From Phoronis australis (taxonomy: Eukaryota > Animalia > Phoronida): a DNA stretch of 64,000 bases. The notes beneath the pieces were generated by a model, which searched no databases, was not told the origin of the DNA, and worked only from the letters and a program-made list of their open reading frames with translations. The stretch spans positions 1 to 64,000 of the forward strand of contig NMRA01001017.1 in NCBI GenBank assembly GCA_002633005.1, in the 5' to 3' direction. This document shows, piece after piece, positions 1-12,544 of the stretch; within the stretch, counting starts at the first letter, position 1, and each line of letters opens with the position of its first letter. Both the position numbers and the translations under genes were made by a program.

Positions 1-32
1 CTGTCGCATCACTGTCTCCTGTCTGTTTACAG

Positions 33-3000
33 CCCCTCAAGGTTCTGTCGCATCACCGGCCGCTGCCAAATATATTCAACGTCTACACGATTCTCACCAT
101 CTTCTGTCAGTTTGCTATACATTTCACCTGTCTAGTCTTCTTAGCACAGGAGGCTATGGCTCGGTCCCCACCCAGGTAAGTAGTGGTCGTTATGCCTTGA
201 CTTTGACCTGGTGATAGCTGGATATCAATTGTTCAACTAACCGAAATTTTACCAAACGTAGTTTTGTGACTTTTACTCGGTACAAGCTGGGCTAATAGTA
301 AACCAAAATTTGCTTATTCTATACCTTTGTTTAGAAATTGGACGAAAGGAAATTTCACTTGTCTATTGGATGCTAAGGAAAATTTATTCACTTGATTGAC
401 CTAGTACAGGTGAAATTCCAAGCCAAAATCCATTTGAATTTGAGAACTTAAGCACAAGTTTCAAATACCCCATTCCCACCCAACAAATAACCATCTGGCT
501 GGTCTGCCAAGAGCTAACAGGCACCTGGGTTTATGACCTAAAGGATTACATAGGCGGCCAAGCAGCCAAACCAGCTGGACTGAATTTAATGGACTATTGT
601 GTTCCTAGTAGCGAACTCAAACCCTGGGCCAATCATCATCGAAAGACTAGACTGGGTTCCTCGTCCATGAGTTAAGAGTTTTGTTTCAATTAAAATTCCG
701 AGCCTGACTGCTCTCTGCCAATGGCAGAATTGCAGTTCTGACCCCTTGAAATAAACAGATTATCACTCTAACAAACGTCTGAAAAGACCGTTTTCATGGC
801 CTCTCATTTGGAATTACAGAACATGTTGAGATTCTTTACGGCTTGGGAAATAATTTCTATAAAAAGATGCCTAATAATGAAATTTCCAGGATTTCAAAAT
901 ACTATTGTGATTCTATTTATTCATAGTTGTGTGGTTGGTAGTCTCCACACAGTGACATGTGACTGTTACTGCTACACTCGTCCATTTCAGGGAGACCGAA
1001 TTCGTTGACTTGGAGAAGAAGTTTGAGCCCAATCTGCTGAACACAACGGTCTATATAATCTCTATGGCTTTGCAAGTGTCTACCTTTGCTGTGAACTACA
1101 AGGTTGGTTTCGAATCCAACATGGCCACTAAATACATGGCCGTTGTTGTGGTTTGTTTTCAGTCGGAGATGTCAATTTTTCTCTGATGAACATTTCCTTT
1201 TGATGTACTAACACCAGAGCTGCCAGATGTTACTCATATACCATATTCTACGATTGTTAAGGACCTAAAAAATCAATATGTATGGATTTTCAAATGTTAC
1301 AGATTTTCCTCATTTCTTGCTCTTCAAAGTCAGTTGAAAGTTTCAAATATCTTTAGATTTATCAGAGTTCAAAAATAACGTGTGTAGTAAGCGATGGAGG
1401 CACTGGCTAGTAATTGAACAAAGTGGAAGGTTAAAACAATCATCTGAAACAAATCAGCAAAATATTGTGCACGTAGCATGAGTCGTCATAGGTGTAGTTG
1501 TCTTCAAATGATTGCCTCGGGCCGTATCAGTTGCGCTGGTGATAGGTTCCTGTTATTGTTTGGAGCCACGTGTTTTTTTTTTTGACAATGTAGTGGAGGA
1601 TTTGAATTTAGAGCGTGCACAAGCTGTAACTTTACATTTTCTGGTTCACTTTTGGTACTGGTCACTTTTGGCACTGGTCACTTTTGGTACTGGTCACATT
1701 TTGGTACTGGTCACTTTGGCNTTTGGTACTGGTCACTTTTGGTACTGGTCACTTTTGGTACTGGTCACTTTTGGTACTGGTCACTTTCGGAATTTCAAAA
1801 ACAAGTTGCTTACAGTGAAAATAAAATCCTCCCAATAGTAACACAAAAGTAGGTAGAAACAGTGTTTTAATGAACCCAAGCATTTTTTGTAATACTAGCC
1901 AAGAAAACCTTGCGAGGTAGTCCACACTCGGCATAACGCTGTATCGGCTTTCACAGTAGAAAACTGAATAAAGTTGAGGTGTGTGTGAGGTCATAGCATC
2001 CAGGGTGGCTTCCTCCACCGGGTGGATTTTCAAATTCGCCATGTTCTCCTAATGTATGTCTTCCCTGAGCAGTGCAATGGATGACACAACACAGCTTTTT
2101 CTACGGAACATTGAAGCATGTTTCTGTGCCAAATCATCTTGCAGTACCGATAAATGTATGGGTTTATTGTTCAAGCTTGTATTGCGGGATAAAAAGTCAT
2201 CCACAACATCTCGGAGTGTGTAGACGATGGCTTTAAATCGCAAGTGACTGCAGTAGAATGTTTTGAACAAAAAAAAATGGATTGTCCATGACGTTTCCAT
2301 AGGGCCACCCGTTCATGGAGAGCCTGACTGAGAACCGACCACTACTCTACAGCTTGTTCATCTCTGGCGGCACCATTACGGCCATCGCCAGCGGAATCGT
2401 GCCAGAATTAAGCGACCAGCTGCAGTTTGTCATCCTACCCGATGATGTAAGTGTGTGGTTAGAGACAGAGTTTGAAATTGACCGCTGTTTCTCGACAGTG
2501 GCACATTTGTGTTGCGACAGGTGCAAAATCGGCAGCTCTCTACCCATATTTACAAAAGTGTTCTTCCCCCTTATGTACATCTGTTAGTAACCAGTAAAAT
2601 GAGATTTAATCCTCTGCTTACGTTTTTGGACAAACCAAATACTGCTACAGTTATTCTTTACGTATTTGATGTTTTTATTATTTCACCCAATAAATATTAC
2701 AAAATTGTCAACGATGAGGAATACCTTCCCTTCAAATAATCAACACCAGCAGTTTTGGATCTAAAATTGTCAGCTGATTCAAATGAATTCTCCAAATTCT
2801 CATCTCAAATACTCCGTTGTTTTTCTCATGGTTTGAACAAAACTGGGGATCTTCAACAGGAGGTATCACTATTTTATGCGCCCAAATATTTATATGTGGA
2901 CGCATTATGCCATCATCTCCGTCCGTCCGGGCGGCGTCCGGCGTCCGCTGCTCTATCTCCAAAACCCTTTGACATACGTTCATGAAATTTGGCACATATG

Positions 3001-5293
3001 TTCCATTCATGAATGGGACGGCATGTGCGAACTTTCAGACGGATCCGACTACCGGTGTGCCCCCCTAGTGGCAATTTTAGTTTTTTACGCTTACCTTTGT
3101 ATCTTCAAAAGTCCTGAACGAATTTTCATGAAATTTGGTGTGTAGGCACCTATTAGTGAGATGACGCTATCCTCCCGTTTTCAGATGGATTCGACATAAT
3201 TTGCGCCACCTAGTGGCCATTTTTAGTGTTTTCGAGTCTGTTTTTGTGCGTCCACCCCTCTATCAACCAAACCGCTCATGGGATGATTGTGAAAATTGGC
3301 ATGTATATGCTTACTATGTAGAGGACGGTTGACGATGATTTTCCGACGATTTCGACTACTGTGGCGCCTCCTAGTGGCAGTTTTGTTTTTTTGCGCCTAT
3401 GGCTGTATCTCCTAAACCGTTCGCAGGATCTTTACAAATTGTGTAAGTATATTTATATGATGTTAACAACGGAAGATGACGACTTTTGGTCGGATCCGAC
3501 TACCGGTGTGCCCCCTAGTGGCAATTTTAGTTTTTTACGCTTACCTTTGTATCTTCAAAAGTATTGAACGGATTTTCATGAAATTTGGTATGTAGGCACC
3601 TATTAGTGAGATGACGCTATCCTACTGTTTTCAGATGGATTCGACGTAGTTTGCGCCACCTAGTGGCCATTTTTACTGTTTTCGAGTCTGTATTTTTGCG
3701 TCCACCCCTCTATCAACCAAACCGCTCAAAGGATGATTGTGAAAATTGGCGTGTATGTGCTTACTATAAGGAAGACAGCTGACAATGATTTTCAGACGAT
3801 TTGGACTACTGTGGCGCCTCCTAGTGGCAGTTTTGTTTTTTTGCGCCCATGGCTGTATCTCCCAAACCGTTTGCAGGATCTTTACTAAATTTAGCAAGTG
3901 TATTTATGTGATGTTGACAACGGACGATGACGACTTTAGGATGATTCTGATTACCGGTATGCCTCTAGTGGCAATTTTAGTATATGCCTCTAGTGGCAAT
4001 TTTAGTATTTTACATTGACCTCTGTATTTTCATAGGTCTTCAGGTGTATACTTTGTGTTACTTCGTGACTATGAAGGAAAAGTTCCAAGTAGAAATTTGT
4101 TTCTGGCATTCTAATGCTGTGCTCGTATGTTGGTAAATTTGTTTTTAATTCTTTCTGTGGTGCTTTAAGCAACTGGTGTATAGGATGTGCTTGTATTATG
4201 AAGATTACTCACATTTTGCCCCTAGCCTATTGAGGAGACAATGACCATGCCTTTCCATTTTGCAAAGTACAACATACTACATATATGCCCTCTACTGGCC
4301 ACTTTATGGTACCAATAAACAACCCTAGAAGGATACCGTATACGGTGCAATTGTGGGCGCATTTCAACGCTCTGAGTTGCTCTTGTTAAACTGTTTAGCT
4401 TTATGGCACATACACTGTATTTTTATATGAAATTGGTGCACCTTTTTGTTGTATGCAAGTGGTGAAAATTCTTCTAATTGTAAAAAATAATTGCAGCTGT
4501 GAGTAGGCGGCTCAGATGGCCCCACTGCTCTGATCTCCTGAAACATTTTTATGCTTTATTAATAATGTAATTAAAACTGATCTGAGGAGCTGGAGACCTG
4601 ACTCAAGGGTCTAGCAGTGTGCCCCAGTGGGGCTTGAACTTAGACCTTGAGTAATAGAATTGGACATTTATCCCACTTGGCCATACTGCCCCCTCTGGTG
4701 AGAATTCTTCAAATTATGGGTTGAATTGCTCTTGTTTTCAAAGGCTTACTACGTAGCAGTGAATGGTCAAAATTTAAGAAATGTTGTTTACTTACAGTTG
4801 CAGTTTGTGAACTATTCATACTTCAGTTAAAACCTCGTTGATAGTTAATTAAATTTTTGAGAGCTGCGATGAACTGAAATTCCACGATTCACCGCATTTT
4901 GTAATAAACTTCGTAATATTTATGGTGACTAAGCCAAATACAACATAATCTCACCAATGCAAGACACAGCTGACAACTGAAATATTAGTTTCTTATTTTT
5001 GATGTAAAATGTATGGCATGGAATTGTTGAAAAATATTGTTAGTCTACCATCACTCACGAGCTCTCACAATACCTTAAAAATGACACAGCAAAGGGCTTT
5101 TTGGTAATTATTTTTTGTCGAAATGGGTGACATTTTAATGGATAGTGAATAATTGTTTAGAGCTGCGTTCCCGTTTTTGTTTCAGCTGCGTAATCTGGTC
5201 ATACCGGTGCTAGTTGGAGACTTTGTGGGTTGTCTGCTCGTCGACCGCTCGCTGCAGTTTCTCTTCGGACATTCAAGACTCCGGCAGTCATAG
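33..5293 (+). CDS. ATP13A1: P5A-type ATPase (ER transmembrane-helix dislocase), last four coding exons; 5' part lies outside the window
   Basis: Exons 33-175, 991-1102, 2303-2446 and 5186-5293 are GT-AG bounded and in phase. They translate to [21 protein letters not shown]...[49 protein letters not shown]...[25 protein letters not shown], matching the ATP13A1/Spf1 C-terminus (RPLPNIFN, NYKGxPFMESL). Confidence 0.95.
1640..1788. repeat. Minisatellite, ~17-bp unit (TTTTGGTACTGGTCAC[T])
   Basis: About 8-9 tandem copies in an ATP13A1 intron, with a single N at 1721. Confidence 0.95.
2872..4387 (+). mobile_element. Non-autonomous Helentron/HINE (DINE-1-like) element with internal tandem array
   Basis: Begins TTTTATGCGCCC, followed by a GTCC-type microsatellite (~2918-2946) and an array of ~150-bp units arranged as a 450-bp higher-order repeat (3041/3491). 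Ends with the inverted subterminal GGGCGCAT (~4355) and a short hairpin (CAACgctctgaGTTG) next to a T-rich site. Confidence 0.7.
4557..4693 (-). mobile_element. tRNA-derived SINE, family A
   Basis: The minus strand reads GGCAGTATGGCCAAGTGG (A-box-like)...GTTCAAGCCCC (B-box-like), then body CTTGAGTCAGGTCTCCAGCTCCTCAG. A homologous copy lies at 42783-42920 (+). Confidence 0.65.
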
Positions 5294-6480
5294 GAATCCT
5301 AGCAGTTCAGTCATTCTCTGACCAGTGTTCTCTCGTCATTAAAAATGTGTCAAATTTTGGAGCAGAAATTTTTTCGGTGATTGTGTAACCGTTACTGGCC
5401 GTTTTCGATATTCTTCACGTTTCTTGCGGTAAAAATCGACTCGACTTTGTCAGTTTTTTATGAAACCTATTATTCGTCTATAGTTTTTATGAATTAATGT
5501 TGTTTTTTTTTTAATTCTGATTGGAATTTGATCAAATCTTGATTTTTCGTGTAATGTAAACATGGTTGTAAATTGGAATCTTGGATTAAAATATTATACT
5601 TTCCCTAATAATCATAGTCAGTGAGACACGTGCATGGAGGTATCCTGGTTTGGATCACAGAATTAGTCTCCAATCCACGTATTTAATGACAAGAATGTCA
5701 ATGAATTCCATCAGCATTTGTTAAGCTTCGTCAAAGTCGATTGTAAGAATCGTTTGAAAATTTTACCAAAACTTTTGCTCTGAGTTTTCCGCCGATTTCC
5801 AACGAAATTAGATTCCTTCAGGATTTTTTTTTTGAAAGTATTGTGGGTTTACTCTCTCAAGTCGACATTCAGGTATACAAATAGCTGTTGAGTGGTGGCT
5901 GTCATAGATTAGACGTTAGCCCACAGCTTGCACGGTGTCATGTTCTTGTGTGGAAGCTGACTGTGAACAAACCAGTGTGACCGCAGGCTGGTAAGGGACA
6001 TTGGTATATTGAATGCTAAATACTGACCAATAGGACCAAAAAAAAAATTAATATGCTGAGCACTACTATAAGGATATTTAGATTAAGGACTTAAGATTTT
6101 CATTTCATATCTCAACAATGGTATCACTACAAAGATTGCGAAAATACTTGCATGTCGGTACCTGTTTCATCAATATCGACCCACCGGTTTTCACGGCACA
6201 TAACATTTTGTTTCACATAAAACAATAGAAGTGCTACCGTGCTCTGCATCATATACAAAGCCACGTGACAGCCAATCGCTGTCTCTATATCTATGGTTGC
6301 TGTCCTTCCCTAGTCATATGTTCATGAATACTATTTGCGGGTATATGAAAAAAATGTATAAAAGTGAAAAATCTTAATTGGTGGACATTTTGCTGGTGTA
6401 TCCTACTGACAAGTGAGTGCACTTGGAAAACACTAGTGAAACCTTGCGTTGTGCTTTTGTGATCTCCCCAAAGTCATGAG

Positions 6481-6782
6481 CAGGGACTCATCTAGAGAAA
6501 GGGGGGTTTAAATTCAGGAGATTTACACTCCCATGTGTGGGGTTTCCATATGAGGTCATCCTGACGTCACAGGTGAGGAGATATTCCCTCCAAAAACAAG
6601 GCTGTCAGCCTTTGCCATATGTCACTGTGACGTTTATTGGTGAAAATGGACAGTAATATTCTGTGATCTCGATTTATGTCTGAATATTTATGGAATTGGT
6701 GTGTCTCTCTCTTGGACGTGCCTTTTAAACTGTCATCCTTTAAAAATGACTGTCCCAGTGACGGCTGCTAGATGAGTCTCTG
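6481..6782. mobile_element. hAT-type MITE (302 bp)
   Basis: 15-bp TIRs CAGGGACTCATCTAG / CTAGATGAGTCTCTG, flanked by an 8-bp TSD GTCATGAG / GTCGTGAG. Confidence 0.88.
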
Positions 6783-8519
6783 GTCGTGAGTCCTTAGGGC
6801 TATTGAACAGGTTGGGAAGTGGATTTATTTATTTTTGCATGATTAAGCTAAGGTACAGTTTTGATTAAGTACTGAAGTCAACGTAGAGTACCTTTTTTGG
6901 CTGCTGAAGCTAGTGCTAGTGTCAAATTTCCATGAAATTTTTTTTAGTAGTCATGGATTCCCTTCTCATCATGAAAAACCTGGAAATGATGAAAATTGTT
7001 CTGGTGCATGAAAATCTGATTAAAACTTCTTTCAATTTCCTGGAAAATTCATGTAAGTTTGGATGAAGCATCTGCACTTTGCCTGTCTTGACCAGAGTCC
7101 ATGTAGGGTGAACTGTGAGTCTGGTTTTTGGTGGAAAAGCAACTTATGTCTTGAACAGAAACAAATAAACACTTAAAGCAGAACTGGGACATGGTTTCAT
7201 CTTGTATCTCCTTTGCCTAGAAAATAATTTTTGATTTTAGATAGCGCTGTCATGTGGCTGAAGACTCGTTGAGGTTAACAGGTTTGTCATTTTATGCCCT
7301 GGAAGCAATTTGGATAGAAGTAGTGTGTTTATTATCTAACACTAGATGGCGTTGCCAGTGTGTACATTGGACATTACAGGCGACCTGAAGCCTATGCACT
7401 TGTCCCGTGTTTGTGGCAAGCGGTCACACGCGCATGTATTGAACTTAAATTATGACCTTTGAAGTCGGCTGACCTCACTTTAATATTAGCCCTGGACAAA
7501 GATCTTTATTAGCAGTGTCTTATGTCACTTAAAGTACTTACTTTCTTGTAAGCATGTTCATACCGGAGACATTGATCTGACACAACAGACTCGTAATTTC
7601 CATATGATGTGCCTTTCAATTTCCAGCGGATAGGTGCGGCTCTGACTTTGTGTGCTAACCTCAGTTTCCGGGAAATTCTGGTATCTATTTTACCACCGAG
7701 CCCTACGAAAGACAATCTTTGGTTGTTCAACTTTTTTCTTTAGTTCGTGGTCGCGAGTAATTTTGCAAATACCTCTAACGACAAAAAAAGCATGATCAGC
7801 GTGCTGACATAGGCATACCGGAAACAATGCTCCAATTTGAGGTACGTAACCCGCTACTAGGCTAGGGGGCTTCTGCTAAGATAAGATCTCGTGCATTGAG
7901 AACAGTCTTGCATCAAAGGTCTCACTGCGCATGGCTAGTAGATTGCTTGAGCCTGTGGAAATTCCTCAGTGTCTGCGCATAATTATTTAAAATTGTTTGT
8001 GCCGTTAAAAGACCAGTACGTGCAAGTTTTTACTGCAGGCTGCTATCTGAAATCTTAACAGTTTTAAGTGGTTAGAAATGTGTACGTTATCATAACCAAT
8101 GCAGAACTTTTTCGAAAACCGTCGGCGAGAACATTTCAAAATAATGCTATGCAAATCACGTTATCTCATTATGAGCCCCTTGGTTGGTTAATTTACAACG
8201 TTTTGGTGTTGTACATGTTGTGAGTGTTAAAAGAAATAAATGTCTTTGTCCGTTTTTTGTTGTTGATACTCGTTTGAGACTTGCCATGCACGTTTCACTG
8301 AAAAAGGAACTGAACCCTGAATACTAGTGCTGCCACCTGCCAAATATCATTCAATCATTGGCGCCCCTTACTTCAGTGACAAACACAGGATTCAACAAAT
8401 AACTTATACTTTCTTCGTCACAGACAGGATGTTATGGTTCTTGGTGAGTGATCTCATTTCTGTTGAATGGTGTAACTCACCCGCCTCCCGTTCATGCAGT
8501 AACGCTAGGACCTCCCTAA

Positions 8520-9507
8520 AGTGTACACAACATGACTCTAGTACCTCAAAATAAATTTTATTATTATATCTTACTTGATTTCAGTGTCTTTAGTGCACAG
8601 CTCATAAAGAAACACGCAAAAATTGAAAAAAATAATTATGTACAACGTCATGGGTTGAACCAAAGACGCTAACGGTCTCTGGTTGAACCCAAGTCGTTCG
8701 CAATACCGTTCGGATCAGAGACAAAGGGTATAGAGTGAAGAGAATGCAAAGTACATTTAGCGTCGAGAAGGTTCGTAGAGGGATCAAAAGATGTGTTTCC
8801 GGAGGCTGCAGCAACAGCAGCCAGGCGGAAAACGTCTCGGTGTTCCGAAGGACACCAAAGTTGCGCAGAAGTGGCATGACTTCGTGCGCCGAACGAGAGT
8901 GTGGGACGTCATCGTGGACCAAGCGATTCGGTCCGGGGCCACTCTGTGTTCTGCCCACTTTGAGGACTCATGTTTCGACTCCAGTCACATGAGACGTTAC
9001 GATGAAGGCCTGGTTCAATAAAGGACAATATTTATCATTCAGAAACATCAGCTCTTAATTCAGGATCGTCTGTTGGATGACTGGGTTGACTCGCCGAGCC
9101 CGAGGCCGCTTCTCTCGCGGGAGGATCCAGTTCATAAGGCTCAAAGTAGAAAAGTACGCAGCCGGAAGCACATTAAACTTGTTCTCGCTTTCGTGCAACC
9201 CCATTTCCTCATCCTGGCCACCATTCCCATACGTTTCTTCATAGTATTCGTTCAATTCTTGCTCTTAATCGTCGTCACTTTCAAATTCCCTGGTCTCCGC
9301 CATTGTTCAATGCTAGTCACTGATCTCTTGTGTTCAACCCATGACGTCACATGGCGGGAAATGTGAAAATTGGCAAAATTGAAAGAAAAATCAAAATTTT
9401 GAGCTAATTACACAAAATAAACATGGGTTTAGCTAAATTTTACGTCATACATTTAGTCTGTGGCCACCGGTAATTCAAAATGTGCAAAAATCCATGGTGT
9501 GTACTGT
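8520..9507. mobile_element. Kolobok-like internally deleted DNA transposon with frameshifted THAP domain
   Basis: Imperfect TIRs (AGTGTACACAACATG / CATGGTGTGTACTGT) flanked by CTAA/TTAA, with an inner inverted pair ACGTCATGGGTTGAAC / GTTCAACCCATGACGT. The + strand encodes RCVSGGCSNS...VSVF [frameshift] PKDTKVAQKWHDFV...LCSAHFEDSCF, the THAP C2CH signature. Confidence 0.7.
8782..9021 (+). pseudogene. THAP zinc-finger remnant (transposase N-terminus), frameshifted
   Basis: C-x4-C is in ORF 8735-8992, while P..W..LCSxHF is in ORF 8791-9021. The two halves of one THAP domain are therefore in different frames. Confidence 0.8.
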
Positions 9508-11002
9508 TTAAAGGCAAGACTTCGCGAGAGTACGTGAGATATTGCTGACTCGGTTTTAGCTAGGTCCTAGCGTCTACTAGTGAACGCACGCCCGTTCTAA
9601 AGCATAGGTCACGCTTCCCCGTTTAGCACACTTCGAGGATTTATAAAGTGTCGAGGTTACAGAGCATTTTATTGTAGAGAACTAGATGGAAACGTCGATT
9701 TCAAGCTCTGTTCATAGGCTAATACCGACTTTGGTATCCTTTTACGCGTTCCTGTGCTGACGACACCCAGGCCAATTATCTACACAGTTAACACCGGTCA
9801 ACTAAATGCATATGAGCAGAAGTTGACCCGAAATGAACTGTCACCGAAGTTGGTGTTAATTTTTACCAGCTTTCCTGGTAGAACAAATTGCGACCGATCG
9901 TCTCGTTTCGTGTCAGAGTACACGTCGAAACGAAACACTGGGTCAAGGTAATCGAGTAGTAGGAACCGGGCCAGACCTTAGTAGTCGGTCAATGCTAGTT
10001 CTCTGATCAACCGGGAAAACCGTTGCCGTCGTCTGCTTTACCTGAGCTCCTGTTGTGTTGTGCAGGGCAATTATCCCATTAGCGATGTGTTCACCGACGG
10101 CAATAAAATACAGACTGAATAAATTGAAAATGTCAAGGACAGATCATACTGGTAATTTTGAACGTGTTTGGCTTCTGAAGTTGAATTCTTCGTGAAAAAT
10201 TAGCGTAATTGTAGGCGGGGAATAATCGCAAGCAAAAAAACTGCATTTACTCTGCGTGGTTATAATTGAGCGTTTGCGTCGTGACGTAGAACAAAATCAG
10301 TAGTTACCCGGCGACTAACAAAAGAAACGTTGGTATAAGGCCTTTAATTGTAAACCGCGGGATAGGTCTAGAATGCGGATTGAATGGGAGTAATATGTCA
10401 TCATATGTTACCTGCTCGTAGGCAAAATTTCAGCCTCTCCAGCGGCGTTTTTAAGCATTTTGCGCCTATATCAGTTTGCCCCCGCCACACTGGCATCAAA
10501 GTTAGAGAACTGATAACCACTCACCAACTGGTTCCACTGGGCCGAACTGAAGCCTAAGCTGCTATTTTGGCAAATTTGTATTGTATTGGCCTTCGCGTAA
10601 AATTGACCCTACTTTTCACAAGTACTGAGGCCTATATTTATTACGACGGACGCAGTTGTTTCAGAGGACGCTCTTTGGTCAATTGTTTTTCGACGTAACT
10701 TGTTCATTGTAACAAGTTAAGTTATAAAATGTTTGAACATGTAGCAAATAACATTTCCGATTTCCTCGTAAAATGCTGATCAAGTTTAGTTTTTGCCAAA
10801 TCACCATAATTGTCCAACTACAACGAAGTTAAGACAATTTATTGTTTCTGAACGTAACAACTCGGGTTTGCCCTGTTCACGCGTGATCGATTCTGAGACT
10901 TGTAGATGTTATTCCGCCTGCATGTTGTCATACCAGACAAAAGACTATGCTCGACAGTTAACAAAGGAGGTTATCACACGCTCACAACCACCGCTCTAAC
11001 CT

Positions 11003-11080
11003 AGCTCCTCGCTGGTTCCCTACGTGCCGCGCCGAGTCAGCACGCTGGCTACCTCCTTGGGCACGCAGGGAACCAGCGAG
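11003..11080. mobile_element. Tiny palindromic MITE-like insertion
   Basis: 21-bp inverted arms CTCGCTGGTTCCCTACGTGCC / GGCACGCAGGGAACCAGCGAG, flanked by the direct repeat CTCTAACCT (10994-11002 and 11081-11089). Confidence 0.65.
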
Positions 11081-11774
11081 CTCTAACCTCATCCAAGATT
11101 AACCAATCAAAAACCATATGAAGAAATTCTCGCGAGGCTGGGTTCGAGACCACCACTGCAGCTAAGGATGCCTAGCAACTTGATTCGCGAATTTTTCACA
11201 ACATTCAATGCAAATATTTAGTAGTAAGTATTGGGTAACCTTCAAAGGTTTGTTGTTAAATAAAGATGTGTAGTGCGTCTGCACTACCTCATCATTCCCG
11301 TTCTAAAACTTGATTTTGTCAACGGAACAAAATAAAAACCCGAGGCGACTTTGGCAATGGGCCGCGTATTGGGTTTCCAAGAAATACAACCGAAATGGCG
11401 TCCGTGACAAGACAATCTTAAGACTACTTTCTACATTGACAGGGCATTCGTTTCCCAAAAGGGAAAGGTTCCTGTGCCTTTTGAGTTTCTTTCGCCGGGG
11501 TTTGTAGGAGATTTTCATCTAGCCCCGCCGCCGTTAGTTGTATGAGTTATGTAAGTTCTATGTGGTAGGTGATTTTTCTTGGAAAGGCCAGGTTAAGACT
11601 TCCTTTCCTTTGCTCTGGCTCTGCACCAGCCCTTTTGCTATTCTCCCCATCCAGATTGTAAGCAATGGAAGCTTGAGGTATCACTGCAAAATCAGGACTT
11701 TGGAACAGCGGAATTCGGTGGCAATAATTACTGAAGTCATACCCTTTTAATTGTGGACTGGGATTTGTGTGTAG

Positions 11775-12511
11775 CCTTGTTGCAAAGCTGTATACTAAAT
11801 GTACAGCTTTGCGCCGATGTGGGTAAAAAACTAAAAAAATAACATCTGACACAAAATTAGTGTCATTAAAAACTACACTCTTCAGTAAGTTAAATTATTT
11901 AAGTGTGTTGGAAAAAATGACGTTCTACCATGCAGCTGCTGCTCAGTAAAACTTTGGTGCGATCTTTTGTGTTAGCTTTCGGCGCCAGCATGAAATATTG
12001 CATATCCTATTGCCCAGCTTCTTTTGTGGCTATTCTTTATTCAACTGTTCTTCCACAAGGTTACGTATACATGTCGCAACAAATTATCGAACTGGTTTCA
12101 TGATTTCGTAAGTTTTTAGCAAACTGTATTTTAATTCCAGTAAACCAAATTTCACAATAAATTTTGCTGAATGTGAAGCTAGCTGTCATCATTTCCTGAG
12201 AGATGTTGTCAACGTTTAGGAAATGTGCCACAAGCGTACATGTAGCTGTTTTCAAAACAACAACAGACTTTTCTAAGGCAGAGTATCGTGCAAGAGAAAT
12301 GACGTTTATTAGTTTGTTTTTCACTGAATGGCAATGGGCAAGATGAGCCTCAGTTGACTCCCAGAGTTTGCATGCACCCCCATCACTTATTAGCTCTACA
12401 TGTTGATATAAGTTTCACTATGAGGTGACCAGCAGAGTTGAATAAACTACCCAGGCTTTTTGAAATGTACACAGTGGTACCTAGCTGCATTTTAAGGATA
12501 ATCTTCACAAA

Positions 12512-12544
<33 letters not shown>

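Noticed and set aside
1512-1852. ORFs with repeated [10 protein letters not shown]
   Set aside because: These are translations of the 17-bp minisatellite inside an ATP13A1 intron.
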